The notes beneath the pieces were generated by a model. That model made no database searches. It was not told where the DNA came from and worked only from the letters and a program-made list of their open reading frames with translations. This document shows, piece after piece, positions 16,971 through 25,682 of a stretch of DNA of 64,000 nt. The DNA is taken from positions 57,011 through 121,010 of the IMG/VR virus record IMGVR_UViG_3300027763_000032. The stretch is one strand, 5' to 3'. Position 1 is the stretch's first letter, and each line of letters opens with the position of its first letter. The translations under genes were made by a program, and so were the position numbers. Source of the stretch: a virus.

Positions 16971-18499
16971 ATAAAAACTTAACAGCAACGCAAAACGATT
17001 ATGCATATTTCTTGCCAGCTACGTCGGGCTTCTACTCAACGTTTATAGGCAAGCAAAGATATGGTAATTATGTAGACCCTGCACGTATTCCACCGAGTCT
17101 TACTAACGGAGTAGAAAGTCTTAACTATCTTAATCCAGACAAGGGTCAGTTTTACTTTGATCATTGTTTGTATTCAGCAGGTCATGCTAACTTAGACCTT
17201 AACAAGCCAGACGAAACTGAGGACATGTTCCGCAACAGAGATCGTAATACCAGTTGGGTATTAGGTGACTCAGGCGGATTCCAGATTGGTAAAGGTGTTT
17301 GGCCTGCTGACTGGAAAGATCCCAACTGTCCTAAAGCCGCATTAAAACGCAAACAAGTTTTAACGTGGATGGATAGTCTTATGGACTATGGCATGGGCCT
17401 TGATATTCCAGCGTGGGTCGCTCGTAGCCCTGCAGGACGTGCGGCAACTGGTATTAGCACATATAACGAAGCAGTCCAAGGCACGTTTATCAATAATGAA
17501 TACTTTATTAACAATCGTAACGGCAACTGTAAGTTCTTAAATGTTCTTCAAGGTGAAAACCATACTGATGCTGAAGGTTGGTATCAGCATATGAAGAAAT
17601 ATAGTGATCCAACAATCTATGGCGACCGTGCATTTAATGGTTGGGGCATGGGCGGACAAAACATGTGTGATATTCACCTTGTACTCAAACGTCTAGTAGC
17701 ATTACGCTTTGATGGCCTGCTAGAAAAAGGTCAACAAGATTGGATGCACTTTTTAGGTACTAGTAAGTTAGAATGGGCCGTACTATTAACTGACATTCAA
17801 CGTGCTGTACGCAAGCATCACAATAGTCAGTTCACTATTAGTTTTGATTGTGCAAGTCCATTCCTAGCAACTGCTAATGGACAGATCTATATCAACACAG
17901 AAACAGACGATCGTACCAAATGGGTCTATCGTATGCAATCGTCGGCTGATGATAAAAAATATTCTACTGATACTAGACTATTTAAAGATGCAGTATTACA
18001 AGATAAAATATTTGAACGATTTGAGTCAAGTCCTATTATTGATCAAATGCAAATGAAAGATATTTGCATCTATAAGCCAGGCGACCTAAATAAGAATGGT
18101 AAAGAAGGTAAGACGTCTTGGGATAGTTTTAGCTATGCTTTAATGATGGGGCATAATGTTTGGATGCATATTAATGCCGTTCAAGAAGCCAATCGCCAAT
18201 ATGATTTGGGCAAATTGCCGTCCATGTTAGTTGACGAACGCTTTGATAGAGTGTATTATAAGGACATAGTAGAAGCAATATTTTCAACTAGTGATAGAGG
18301 TATAGCTGATGCTGTTGTAGAAGAATACAGCAGATATTGGATGAGTATTATTGGTACTAGAGGTGCAACAGGTAAAAAGACAGTAAACGCACAAACACAT
18401 GCGGACATACACTTTGAAATCGAAGCTAACTTAGAGCCGGAAAAGAAAGCCAAAGTTGAACCTAAAGAAATTATCCTTAACCCGAGTTTATTTGAATGA
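16967..18499 (+). CDS. dpdA: TGT-fold guanine transglycosylase, DpdA-like
   Basis: GDSGGFQIG signature, LDIP, VLQG, GWGMGG, MHFLG, SFDCASP match TGT barrel motifs; start at ATGA overlap 16967. Confidence 0.75.
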   Translation: MNKNLTATQNDYAYFLPATSGFYSTFIGKQRYGNYVDPARIPPSLTNGVESLNYLNPDKGQFYFDHCLYSAGHANLDLNKPDETEDMFRNRDRNTSWVLGDSGGFQIGKGVWPADWKDPNCPKAALKRKQVLTWMDSLMDYGMGLDIPAWVARSPAGRAATGISTYNEAVQGTFINNEYFINNRNGNCKFLNVLQGENHTDAEGWYQHMKKYSDPTIYGDRAFNGWGMGGQNMCDIHLVLKRLVALRFDGLLEKGQQDWMHFLGTSKLEWAVLLTDIQRAVRKHHNSQFTISFDCASPFLATANGQIYINTETDDRTKWVYRMQSSADDKKYSTDTRLFKDAVLQDKIFERFESSPIIDQMQMKDICIYKPGDLNKNGKEGKTSWDSFSYALMMGHNVWMHINAVQEANRQYDLGKLPSMLVDERFDRVYYKDIVEAIFSTSDRGIADAVVEEYSRYWMSIIGTRGATGKKTVNAQTHADIHFEIEANLEPEKKAKVEPKEIILNPSLFE

Positions 18500-19044
18500 A
18501 ACGTGATTACACAGACGGTATTAGTGAAGCAGTAAATTTCTTCATTGGTAATGAGGTTGAACACACTCCTGCATTTGGCATGCGTACTTTGTTTGTTACA
18601 GGCATTCATAACGAACAAGTCATTGAACACTTACTAGGTGATCAAAACTGTTTGCTTGACACTAGTAAACATATTAAGCATATCTTCTTTGGTGCTAATC
18701 ACAGTTTCAATCCGCAATGGAATGATTACGAAGGTTGGAAGGCATGGGAAGAAATGATCACATATTTCCTAGATCGAGACTATCTATGTAGTTTAGATAT
18801 TCCGTTAAGTGCTGTAGAAGAATTTAATGATGGCGGATTAAACGACTACAATAATTTTATTCCTCAAATTAGAATTCCAATTCCCTATATTAAATTATGG
18901 AATTATAATACAATGCTTAAAATTGATGACAAAGATTTTAAAGCAACTAATCCCGGCGTGTGGACTCATAGTCTACACAATCTTAAAGACCGTAGCAAGT
19001 TCACTCCGTGGGCAGACTACAAAAACGACACAATCTTAAAATGA
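18496..19044 (+). CDS. hypothetical protein coupled to dpdA-like gene
   Basis: ATGA overlaps at both ends; GNEVEHTP, FFGANHSF. Confidence 0.75.
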   Translation: MKRDYTDGISEAVNFFIGNEVEHTPAFGMRTLFVTGIHNEQVIEHLLGDQNCLLDTSKHIKHIFFGANHSFNPQWNDYEGWKAWEEMITYFLDRDYLCSLDIPLSAVEEFNDGGLNDYNNFIPQIRIPIPYIKLWNYNTMLKIDDKDFKATNPGVWTHSLHNLKDRSKFTPWADYKNDTILK

Positions 19045-19436
19045 TTATTAAACAAGACATTCGACCAAATAAAATGATCTGGGTTACATTCCGTAAGGAA
19101 GGTATTCACTGCTATCCGGCGGCGGCTACAGATCCAAAACTAGCAACAGGAGATGAATATGATGTATCGTTTCTCGGTACTCCTCATCGCCATATCTTTC
19201 ATTTCAGGGTGTGGCTCAGTGTGCAACACAATGATAGGGACGTCGAGTTCATCCAGTTCAAACGATGGCTCGAGTCGCTGTATAATGGTCAAGGTTCCGT
19301 TTTGAGCCTTGATTACAAGAGTTGTGAAATGATGTCAGATGATTTACATGGCATTATTTCCAATAGGTATCCAGATCGTGAGGTTTGGATTGAGGTCTCC
19401 GAAGACGGAGAAAATGGTTCATTTATTAAATATTAA
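19041..19436 (+). CDS. QueD-paralog T-fold protein, DpdL-like
   Basis: FLGTPHRHIFHF = LxxxHRHxF in place of the QueD CxxxHGH; RDVEFIQFK; SCEMM. Confidence 0.65.
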   Translation: MIIKQDIRPNKMIWVTFRKEGIHCYPAAATDPKLATGDEYDVSFLGTPHRHIFHFRVWLSVQHNDRDVEFIQFKRWLESLYNGQGSVLSLDYKSCEMMSDDLHGIISNRYPDREVWIEVSEDGENGSFIKY

Positions 19437-19454
19437 TCTTTAGGAAATACTAAG

Positions 19455-19685
19455 ATGAAAAGAGAAGTCGTTCAGATTTTTGACGATCTAGAGGCCCTGC
19501 TGAATTTTTGCAGGTTAAATATGGCACCTTTTAACGAGGCAGACCTTTATAATAAGGGTTCAAAAGTTTGGAGAGATTACGAATACAGTAAGCGTCCCCG
19601 CAACTATGAGCGTAAAGAGTATCAAGGCAATAAGCCACGCAACAACGGTGGTTACAATAATAACTATCGCAACGGTCGTCAGTAA
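19455..19685 (+). CDS. small hypothetical protein with N/G/R-rich tail
   Basis: 76-aa ORF with SD. Confidence 0.65.
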   Translation: MKREVVQIFDDLEALLNFCRLNMAPFNEADLYNKGSKVWRDYEYSKRPRNYERKEYQGNKPRNNGGYNNNYRNGRQ

Positions 19686-20789
19686 ATGGCAACTGTCTAT
19701 CTAGTAGACCTTGAGCCTGTAGAAACTCGCTACACGGCTCAATGGAAGACTCATCTTCCTGCTATCTTACGAAAGAGAGGACATGATGTTCAAATTTTAT
19801 CTGGGCCTGAAGATATTCCTACAGCCACTACTCCTGGTGCTTTTCTTAATTTTGGTGGCACCAATATATACAAGTCTGCTCAAGTTGAGCAAATGGGCAG
19901 GCTATTTTGTAACGGAGCCGTTCATCCCGGCGATCACTTTATCTTTACTGATGCTTGGCATCCTGGTATCATAAACTTAAAGTATATGAGCGAACTACTA
20001 GGTATTCCTGTAGTTACACATGGCCTATGGCATGCTGGTAGTTATGATCCTCAGGATTTCCTAGGACGCTTAGTTGGTAAAAAGGGGTGGGTTAGACACG
20101 CAGAACAAAGTTTTTTCTATGCGTTTGATCACAACTACTTTGCTACTAAATTCCATATTGAGTTATTCCATAGAGAATTGCTCAACGGAGGATTCCAAAC
20201 AGAGAATCCCTGGTATGAAGATGAACTAAGTGAGATCCTAGCAGGTGAGTACACTAAGATTGTACGCACAGGTTGGCCTATGGAGTATATGGACTCAACG
20301 CTAACTATGTATAAAAACATGCCCAAGCGTGATCTTATCTTGTTCCCGCATCGCATTGCTCCAGAAAAACAAGTAGATATCTTCCGTGATTTAGCACAAC
20401 ACCTACCACAATATGAATTTGTTGTTTGTCAAGATCAACAACTAACTAAAAATGAATATCATAATCTATTAGGTGAAGCTAAACTAGTGTTTAGCGCCAA
20501 TCTACAAGAAACGTTAGGCATCAGTTGGTACGAAGGTGCAGTAGTAGATGCTATACCCATGGTGCCAGATAGATTAAGCTACAGTGAAATGGCTTTTGAT
20601 ACCTTTAAGTATCCGAGTGAATGGACTGAAAGTTACGAGGCTTACGATTCTGCAAGACCTGCTGTTTGCAATAAGATCATGCAGTACATGAATCATTACG
20701 ATCAGTTCTTACCGCAACTAAAAAAACAAACGGAGGCTCTACGTGAGCAATACTTCACAGCTAACGGACTGTATAACAATATCAAGTGA
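19686..20789 (+). CDS. GT-B glycosyltransferase
   Basis: FPHRIAPEKQ and QETLGISWYEG (GT4-like E-x7-E region); N-terminal FTDAWHPG, WHAGSYDP. Confidence 0.8.
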   Translation: MATVYLVDLEPVETRYTAQWKTHLPAILRKRGHDVQILSGPEDIPTATTPGAFLNFGGTNIYKSAQVEQMGRLFCNGAVHPGDHFIFTDAWHPGIINLKYMSELLGIPVVTHGLWHAGSYDPQDFLGRLVGKKGWVRHAEQSFFYAFDHNYFATKFHIELFHRELLNGGFQTENPWYEDELSEILAGEYTKIVRTGWPMEYMDSTLTMYKNMPKRDLILFPHRIAPEKQVDIFRDLAQHLPQYEFVVCQDQQLTKNEYHNLLGEAKLVFSANLQETLGISWYEGAVVDAIPMVPDRLSYSEMAFDTFKYPSEWTESYEAYDSARPAVCNKIMQYMNHYDQFLPQLKKQTEALREQYFTANGLYNNIK

Positions 20790-21150
20790 CGTTGGCGTTA
20801 TTGCACAAGAAGTAGGATCTGTATGTTCCGATACTATTACTCTTGATACCAGTATTTGGAATATGAGTTCGGGCACTGGCACTAGCTATTACTATACAGG
20901 TGCTGGTGTTACAGGGTCTTCTGGAACTATAACTATAAGTGGTGCCGGTAGCGGCGCTAGTGGGTACACTATTGGTAACATCAATACGTCTACATTCAAT
21001 TGGAAGACTGAGGAGTTTGTAGATTGCCTACCAGATTTTGATAGAATTCAAAAGATGTGCGACCAATATCCTGGATTGAAAATAGCATACGAAAAATTTG
21101 TAACAACGTATAAGTTAGTGAAAGATGATTATGATAGTCCAAAAGATTAA
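20743..21150 (+). CDS. T/S/G-rich hypothetical protein
   Basis: GTG start with GGAGG SD; C-terminal YPGLKIAYEKF. Confidence 0.6.
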   Translation: MSNTSQLTDCITISSDVGVIAQEVGSVCSDTITLDTSIWNMSSGTGTSYYYTGAGVTGSSGTITISGAGSGASGYTIGNINTSTFNWKTEEFVDCLPDFDRIQKMCDQYPGLKIAYEKFVTTYKLVKDDYDSPKD

Positions 21151-21604
21151 AAACCAATTCTTTTCCTTTTTAGAAAACCGAGATCGCAAGCGTATCATTA
21201 TGGATAGGCAATGTAACGAGCCTTTGCTAACTCGTTACTATTTGTTCTTAAAGGATCGTAAGCGTTTTCCATTTAATGTATTCCTACATAAATTTCACAA
21301 AGGTGACCCAGGCGATGTACACGATCATCCATGGCCGTACTTTACTTTAATTTTAGCAGGCGGCTATTACGAATGGGTGCCTAAATTTGCTAACGAGATT
21401 ATGATTGGCGAAATTCGTATGTGGCGAGGTCCCGGCCATTTTAGATTTTGTAGTTCTACTAGCTATCATCGAATTGAATTAAAAGAAGGCATTACGCCTT
21501 GGACCTTGTTTATGCCAGGTCCGCAAAGACGAGAATGGGGATTTCTTGTCAATAATAAATGGATACACACTGATGAGTACCTTGAAACAAACAAGCAACA
21601 TTAA
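21125..21604 (+). CDS. cupin-fold metal-binding protein
   Basis: LHKF...VHDHPW.YFTLIL.GGYYE and distal HRIEL. Confidence 0.65.
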   Translation: MIMIVQKIKNQFFSFLENRDRKRIIMDRQCNEPLLTRYYLFLKDRKRFPFNVFLHKFHKGDPGDVHDHPWPYFTLILAGGYYEWVPKFANEIMIGEIRMWRGPGHFRFCSSTSYHRIELKEGITPWTLFMPGPQRREWGFLVNNKWIHTDEYLETNKQH

Positions 21605-21992
21605 AAACGGATTGGTTGGAAGTACGGTGTCTTTTACTGAGACTACTACCGCTACATCAAATCCTTATATAACTACTACTTCAGGAACATCCGGGCAGTT
21701 TTTAACATCAACCGGAAGTAATGGCACGACATGGACTACTGGTACTACTCCATACGATGCTGTAATGTCTATTAATCAATCCAAACCGGCTACTATAGAA
21801 GTTAAAGGTAATATGGTTATTAACGGGCGAGACTTAGAAGAACGGTTAGATACAATTGAAAAAGTCTTGCAAATTCCAGAAAGAGATGTTAAACTAGAAA
21901 AGAAGCATCCAAAGCTAAAGAAGCTGTATGATGAATACATTAATGCATTGGGTAAGTACAGAACATTCGACGCAATAAAAGGAGATGAATGA
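21573..21992 (+). CDS. T/S/G-rich hypothetical protein (paralog-like of 20743)
   Basis: Low-complexity N-terminal half, C-terminal HPKLKKLYDEY. Confidence 0.6.
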   Translation: MSTLKQTSNIKNGLVGSTVSFTETTTATSNPYITTTSGTSGQFLTSTGSNGTTWTTGTTPYDAVMSINQSKPATIEVKGNMVINGRDLEERLDTIEKVLQIPERDVKLEKKHPKLKKLYDEYINALGKYRTFDAIKGDE

Positions 21993-22222
21993 TGGAACTA
22001 CATGAATCAGTTAGAGATACCTACAAAGAAATGGTTATTAAAGAACACGAAGGCTTTCGCCTAACATTAAAGAAACACGAAGTACTAATGCCTAAAGGAT
22101 TGTTTAGTATTGATATGGTTCAAGAAAGTCTGAAAGACGGCAAAGTAGTTGAGTCACAAGTTTATAATTTCTTTATGACTAAAGAAGAATTGCAAAATCT
22201 TGCACAGGGCTTAACTGCATGA
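21989..22222 (+). CDS. hypothetical protein
   Basis: ATGA coupled, AGGAG SD. Confidence 0.65.
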   Translation: MMELHESVRDTYKEMVIKEHEGFRLTLKKHEVLMPKGLFSIDMVQESLKDGKVVESQVYNFFMTKEELQNLAQGLTA

Positions 22223-22728
22223 AAAAAATATACTACAGTTGGAAAGACGTCGAAGGTGCTTGTTTAGATATTGCTAGACAAGTAATTTCTAGCCAATGGC
22301 GGCCTGACTATATTGTAGGCATTACTCGCGGTGGTGCAATCCCCGCAGTAATGTTAAGTCAGTTTTTTAATATTCCCATGCGTCCACTTCAAGTGTCTTT
22401 AAGAGACGGTGGCGATTGTGTTAGCGATCTAGGCATGGCTGAAGATGCGTTTGGTCATGAAGAAGATCCTAAAAATATCCTTATTGTAGATGACATCAAT
22501 GATCAAGGATCAACTATTGCTTGGATCAAACAAGATTGGCCAAGCGGATGTTTTCCAGATCACAATCAATGGACAAAGACATGGGGGCATAACGTTCGGT
22601 TTGCTACATTAACAAATAATATGGCCAGTAAAGAAACTGTTGACTATTCAGTATGGGAAGTCAACAAAGCAGAGGAAGATTGCTGGCTAGTTTATCCGTG
22701 GGAAGAGTTTTGGCGCAATGACAACTGA
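22219..22728 (+). CDS. purine phosphoribosyltransferase (Gpt/Hpt-like type I PRTase)
   Basis: IVGITRGG and ILIVDDINDQGST PRPP-binding loop. Confidence 0.88.
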   Translation: MKKIYYSWKDVEGACLDIARQVISSQWRPDYIVGITRGGAIPAVMLSQFFNIPMRPLQVSLRDGGDCVSDLGMAEDAFGHEEDPKNILIVDDINDQGSTIAWIKQDWPSGCFPDHNQWTKTWGHNVRFATLTNNMASKETVDYSVWEVNKAEEDCWLVYPWEEFWRNDN

Positions 22729-23089
22729 TATTGAAAGGGCACTTGATGAAAAACGAGCACCGTGGACAGGTATTGAATACCGAACCAAAGACTATTGGGT
22801 CTTCCGAGATGCATACCCAGTTACGGAAGGACATCTGTTATTTGTGCCTACCAAAGAAGACTGGGACCATCTCTGGGACTGCTACAAAGCCGCATATAAA
22901 TTCGGTTACATGGGAGTCGAATCGGGTAGGTGGGACGCTTTTAATGTCGGACAAAACTGTGGCGAGGCTGCTGGGCAAACAGTAATGTATCCGCATGTAC
23001 ATATGATTCCTCGACGTGCAGGAGATATGGAAGATCCTCGTGGCGGAGTTCGTCATGTTATTCCAGAAAAAGGAAACTACAAAAAATGA
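22718..23089 (+). CDS. HIT-family nucleotide hydrolase
   Basis: DAYPVTEGHLLFVP, GQNCGEAAGQTVMYPHVHMIPR. Confidence 0.88.
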   Translation: MTTDIERALDEKRAPWTGIEYRTKDYWVFRDAYPVTEGHLLFVPTKEDWDHLWDCYKAAYKFGYMGVESGRWDAFNVGQNCGEAAGQTVMYPHVHMIPRRAGDMEDPRGGVRHVIPEKGNYKK

Positions 23090-23265
23090 GTAAATGTACC
23101 TGCGGTCGAACTACTAACGAACCATGGTGTGATGGTAGTCACACATTAACCGAAGCACAATATCAAGAACGTTGCAGAGAAGTTGAACTTGAGGAATACA
23201 AACGTCAAGCTCAAGAATTATGGAATGACTCCTGCACTAGCATTAGGTCTAATGATGTCAAGTGA
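23086..23265 (+). CDS. CDGSH-type 2Fe-2S protein, 59 aa (absent from ORF track)
   Basis: MSKCTCGRTTNEPWCDGSH matches C-x-C-x2-(S/T)-x3-P-x-C-D-G-S-H exactly; ATGA overlap with the HIT stop. Confidence 0.85.
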   Translation: MSKCTCGRTTNEPWCDGSHTLTEAQYQERCREVELEEYKRQAQELWNDSCTSIRSNDVK

Positions 23266-23458
23266 GTGCGATGTTCGTATTGACTGGGATAACCAAAATG
23301 GATTTTGGTGGAATGAAACTTGTGCATTAGTATTGGAAGTTTTTGGATTGCCCGGAAATAGATACGAGTCTCATCCAGACTCAGACTATATGCTGTTTAA
23401 ATTTAAATCAAAAAAGGATGCAGACCTATGCCGCATACTGTTAAGCGAACGATTCTAA
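23252..23458 (+). CDS. hypothetical protein
   Basis: Likely start MMSSEC at 23252, since the upstream part of the track ORF overlaps the CDGSH gene. Confidence 0.55.
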   Translation: MMSSECDVRIDWDNQNGFWWNETCALVLEVFGLPGNRYESHPDSDYMLFKFKSKKDADLCRILLSERF

Positions 23459-23631
23459 TAACTATAGCAATTGCTGTATATGTTGCTGTAATGTTTTTAA
23501 TATTTCCAATGATGATGCCAAAAAAAGGTGATGTTATTAGAATTGACTGCACATGGAGTGAGATAAGTCCAGACTTTAGTCCAGAAATGAAACAAGCGTG
23601 TCGTAAGGCTCGTATATCAAATCCCACATGA
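23428..23631 (+). CDS. small membrane-anchored protein
   Basis: One hydrophobic helix followed by a two-Cys segment. Confidence 0.55.
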   Translation: MPHTVKRTILITIAIAVYVAVMFLIFPMMMPKKGDVIRIDCTWSEISPDFSPEMKQACRKARISNPT

Positions 23632-23930
23632 TAAAATTTAACTTCAGCTTACTAAATCCTTTTAAGCACGAAAACTTCATCGACTTGTATAATTGGCACG
23701 GTAGAATTACTAAAAATAAATCTTGGGAAGTAGAGTTAAACTACTATGCTTACGAATGGTTTGTTGTTAACATAGATCTATCTTGGAAGGGCAGTGATCA
23801 TGCAGGACCTAGTTTTGAAATTGGTTTATTTGGTTATAATCTAGGTGGCAATATATACGACAATAGACATTGGGATTATGAAAATAAATGTTGGGAATCT
23901 CTTGACAACGACCTAAATAAAGTAGTATAA
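23628..23930 (+). CDS. aromatic-rich hypothetical protein
   Basis: ATGA coupled, 100 aa. Confidence 0.6.
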   Translation: MIKFNFSLLNPFKHENFIDLYNWHGRITKNKSWEVELNYYAYEWFVVNIDLSWKGSDHAGPSFEIGLFGYNLGGNIYDNRHWDYENKCWESLDNDLNKVV

Positions 23931-23931
23931 T
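23902..23931 (+). promoter_or_regulatory. sigma70-type promoter upstream of folE, with embedded CTAAATA
   Basis: TTGACA-18 nt-TATAAT. Confidence 0.6.
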
Positions 23932-23971
23932 AACACAAAGACATCCACGTCATTAACTCGGAGAATTATAA

Positions 23972-24802
23972 TTGACAAACAAATTTACACCAGATCCTGT
24001 TCTTAAAGAACCGCCAGAATTTAAAACAGATGAATATGTACCTTTAAAGAAAGAAGTGTATGTTAAAAAAGAAACTGGCTTAGATGCTATGGCAGGTGAT
24101 GGCGGATACCAGGAAGCATACTTTGCAGATGTTATCCGCACTAAAATGAAACGTGATAATAAACGTTTTTGGGCTGGCGACAACATTAGCGATTATCTAC
24201 ACGAAGGCGATGTAGAAAAATTAATTGACGAAACAACAGAAGCATTTGAACTAGTGCTAGATCGTTTGCTAATTGACCGTGAAAACGATCCCAACAGTCA
24301 AGGCACAGCAAGGCGCCTTGCTAAGATGTATTTTAATGAAATAATGGCAGGAAGATATGAACCAGGCCCAGACGCAACAGCTTTTCCAAATGACTCTGCA
24401 GACCGCTACGAAGGTATGCTTGTGGTTCGCAGTGAGTTACGTTCCATGTGTTCTCATCATCACCAGCCTGTTAGTGGGGTTGCCTACATCGGTATCATTG
24501 CCGCTAATAAACTTATTGGTTTATCTAAGTATACTAGAATAGCACAGTGGTGTGCCCGAAGAGGAACACTACAAGAAGAATTGTGTAACGATATTGCCCG
24601 AGAAGTTAGCAAGGCAACTGACTCAGAAAACGTAGCAGTCTATGTCCAAGCAGTACACGGATGCTGTGAGAATCGCGGTATTATGGCACACTCTAGTCTA
24701 ACACAGACTACAGTATTGCGTGGAACATTTAAAGATGATCCTCACACAAAGAAAGAGTTTTTTGACAACATTAAACTTCAACAAGAGTTTGCACCACGAT
24801 GA
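23972..24802 (+). CDS. folE: GTP cyclohydrolase I
   Basis: SMCSHHHQP, GLSKYTRI, QEELC, AVHGCCENRG; TTG start with GGAG SD. Confidence 0.93.
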   Translation: MTNKFTPDPVLKEPPEFKTDEYVPLKKEVYVKKETGLDAMAGDGGYQEAYFADVIRTKMKRDNKRFWAGDNISDYLHEGDVEKLIDETTEAFELVLDRLLIDRENDPNSQGTARRLAKMYFNEIMAGRYEPGPDATAFPNDSADRYEGMLVVRSELRSMCSHHHQPVSGVAYIGIIAANKLIGLSKYTRIAQWCARRGTLQEELCNDIAREVSKATDSENVAVYVQAVHGCCENRGIMAHSSLTQTTVLRGTFKDDPHTKKEFFDNIKLQQEFAPR

Positions 24803-25470
24803 CCTACTGTTTAATACCAATGACTGTTCCTGAGATTAATAATCTTTTAGGGGCTAATTTTGTAAATACATTTCAAACTGAGATGGATTTAATTATTGCT
24901 CCTTTAAGAAAATATATTGCAAAAGGATATCCGTTAGCACTAGGTAAAGAGCAGTGGGAGTACGTGGTTTCTGAATCTATTCCTAATGCAGAATGGTGTG
25001 GTGCAGGAAAAAGCATTATCGATGTTAAGATTGGTAGCATAGGTATAGATGTCAAGGGCGTTAGTAAAGAAGAAACATCAACGTCGACTACCGAAGCTAG
25101 TATGTTCCAATCATTTAAAGAAGAAACAAAATTATATTTCAATAAAAAAGATACTGAAAGTATTTGGAATCTATTTGTCGATGGGTGGCTTTCTAAAGTT
25201 AAATCTGTAGATGAATATTATCTTATTGGTATTGTTAGAGAAAAAGAAACGCTTAACTGCTCACTGTGTGCATTTAAGGTTGCTGACACTAATCTATTAT
25301 ACGAGGACGATCTTTGTAAGTTCACAAAAAAGTCTATGAAAGTATCAGGATTAGCAGATTCTGCATTTATTGAAACAAGAGTTTACAGTAGCAAAACTAG
25401 ATTAGAAATTAAATTTAAAAGCAAGGTTTGGCAAGACCCTAACTATGCTTTACCAATTTACAAATTTTAA
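24799..25470 (+). CDS. putative PD-(D/E)xK restriction-endonuclease-like nuclease
   Basis: EQWEYVV helix, then IIDVKIGSIGIDVKGV (D..DxK); visibly AT-richer than flanks. Confidence 0.5.
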   Translation: MTYCLIPMTVPEINNLLGANFVNTFQTEMDLIIAPLRKYIAKGYPLALGKEQWEYVVSESIPNAEWCGAGKSIIDVKIGSIGIDVKGVSKEETSTSTTEASMFQSFKEETKLYFNKKDTESIWNLFVDGWLSKVKSVDEYYLIGIVREKETLNCSLCAFKVADTNLLYEDDLCKFTKKSMKVSGLADSAFIETRVYSSKTRLEIKFKSKVWQDPNYALPIYKF

Positions 25471-25480
25471 GGAGACCCAA

Positions 25481-25672
25481 ATGTCACAACTAAGCAAACT
25501 AGCAAAAGTAAATGAAAATATTAGCATAAATCGTTACGACAACGGTTGGATGGTTGAAATCGGTGGACGAGATAAAAAAGAAGAATGGAAAACAACCAAG
25601 ACACTTTGCAACTCAGAAGAAGAAGTTATTACTCTTATCAAAGAGTGGAACACATTACCTTTAGACGTTTAA
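25481..25672 (+). CDS. small hypothetical protein
   Basis: AAGGAG SD before MSQLSKLAK. Confidence 0.65.
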   Translation: MSQLSKLAKVNENISINRYDNGWMVEIGGRDKKEEWKTTKTLCNSEEEVITLIKEWNTLPLDV

Positions 25673-25682
25673 GGAGAATATT

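Noticed and set aside
16967-18499. Ordinary tRNA-guanine transglycosylase (Tgt) for queuosine
   Set aside because: Much longer and more divergent than bacterial Tgt, lacks the CxCxxC zinc site and sits near the DNA polymerase; DNA-acting DpdA is more likely but unproven
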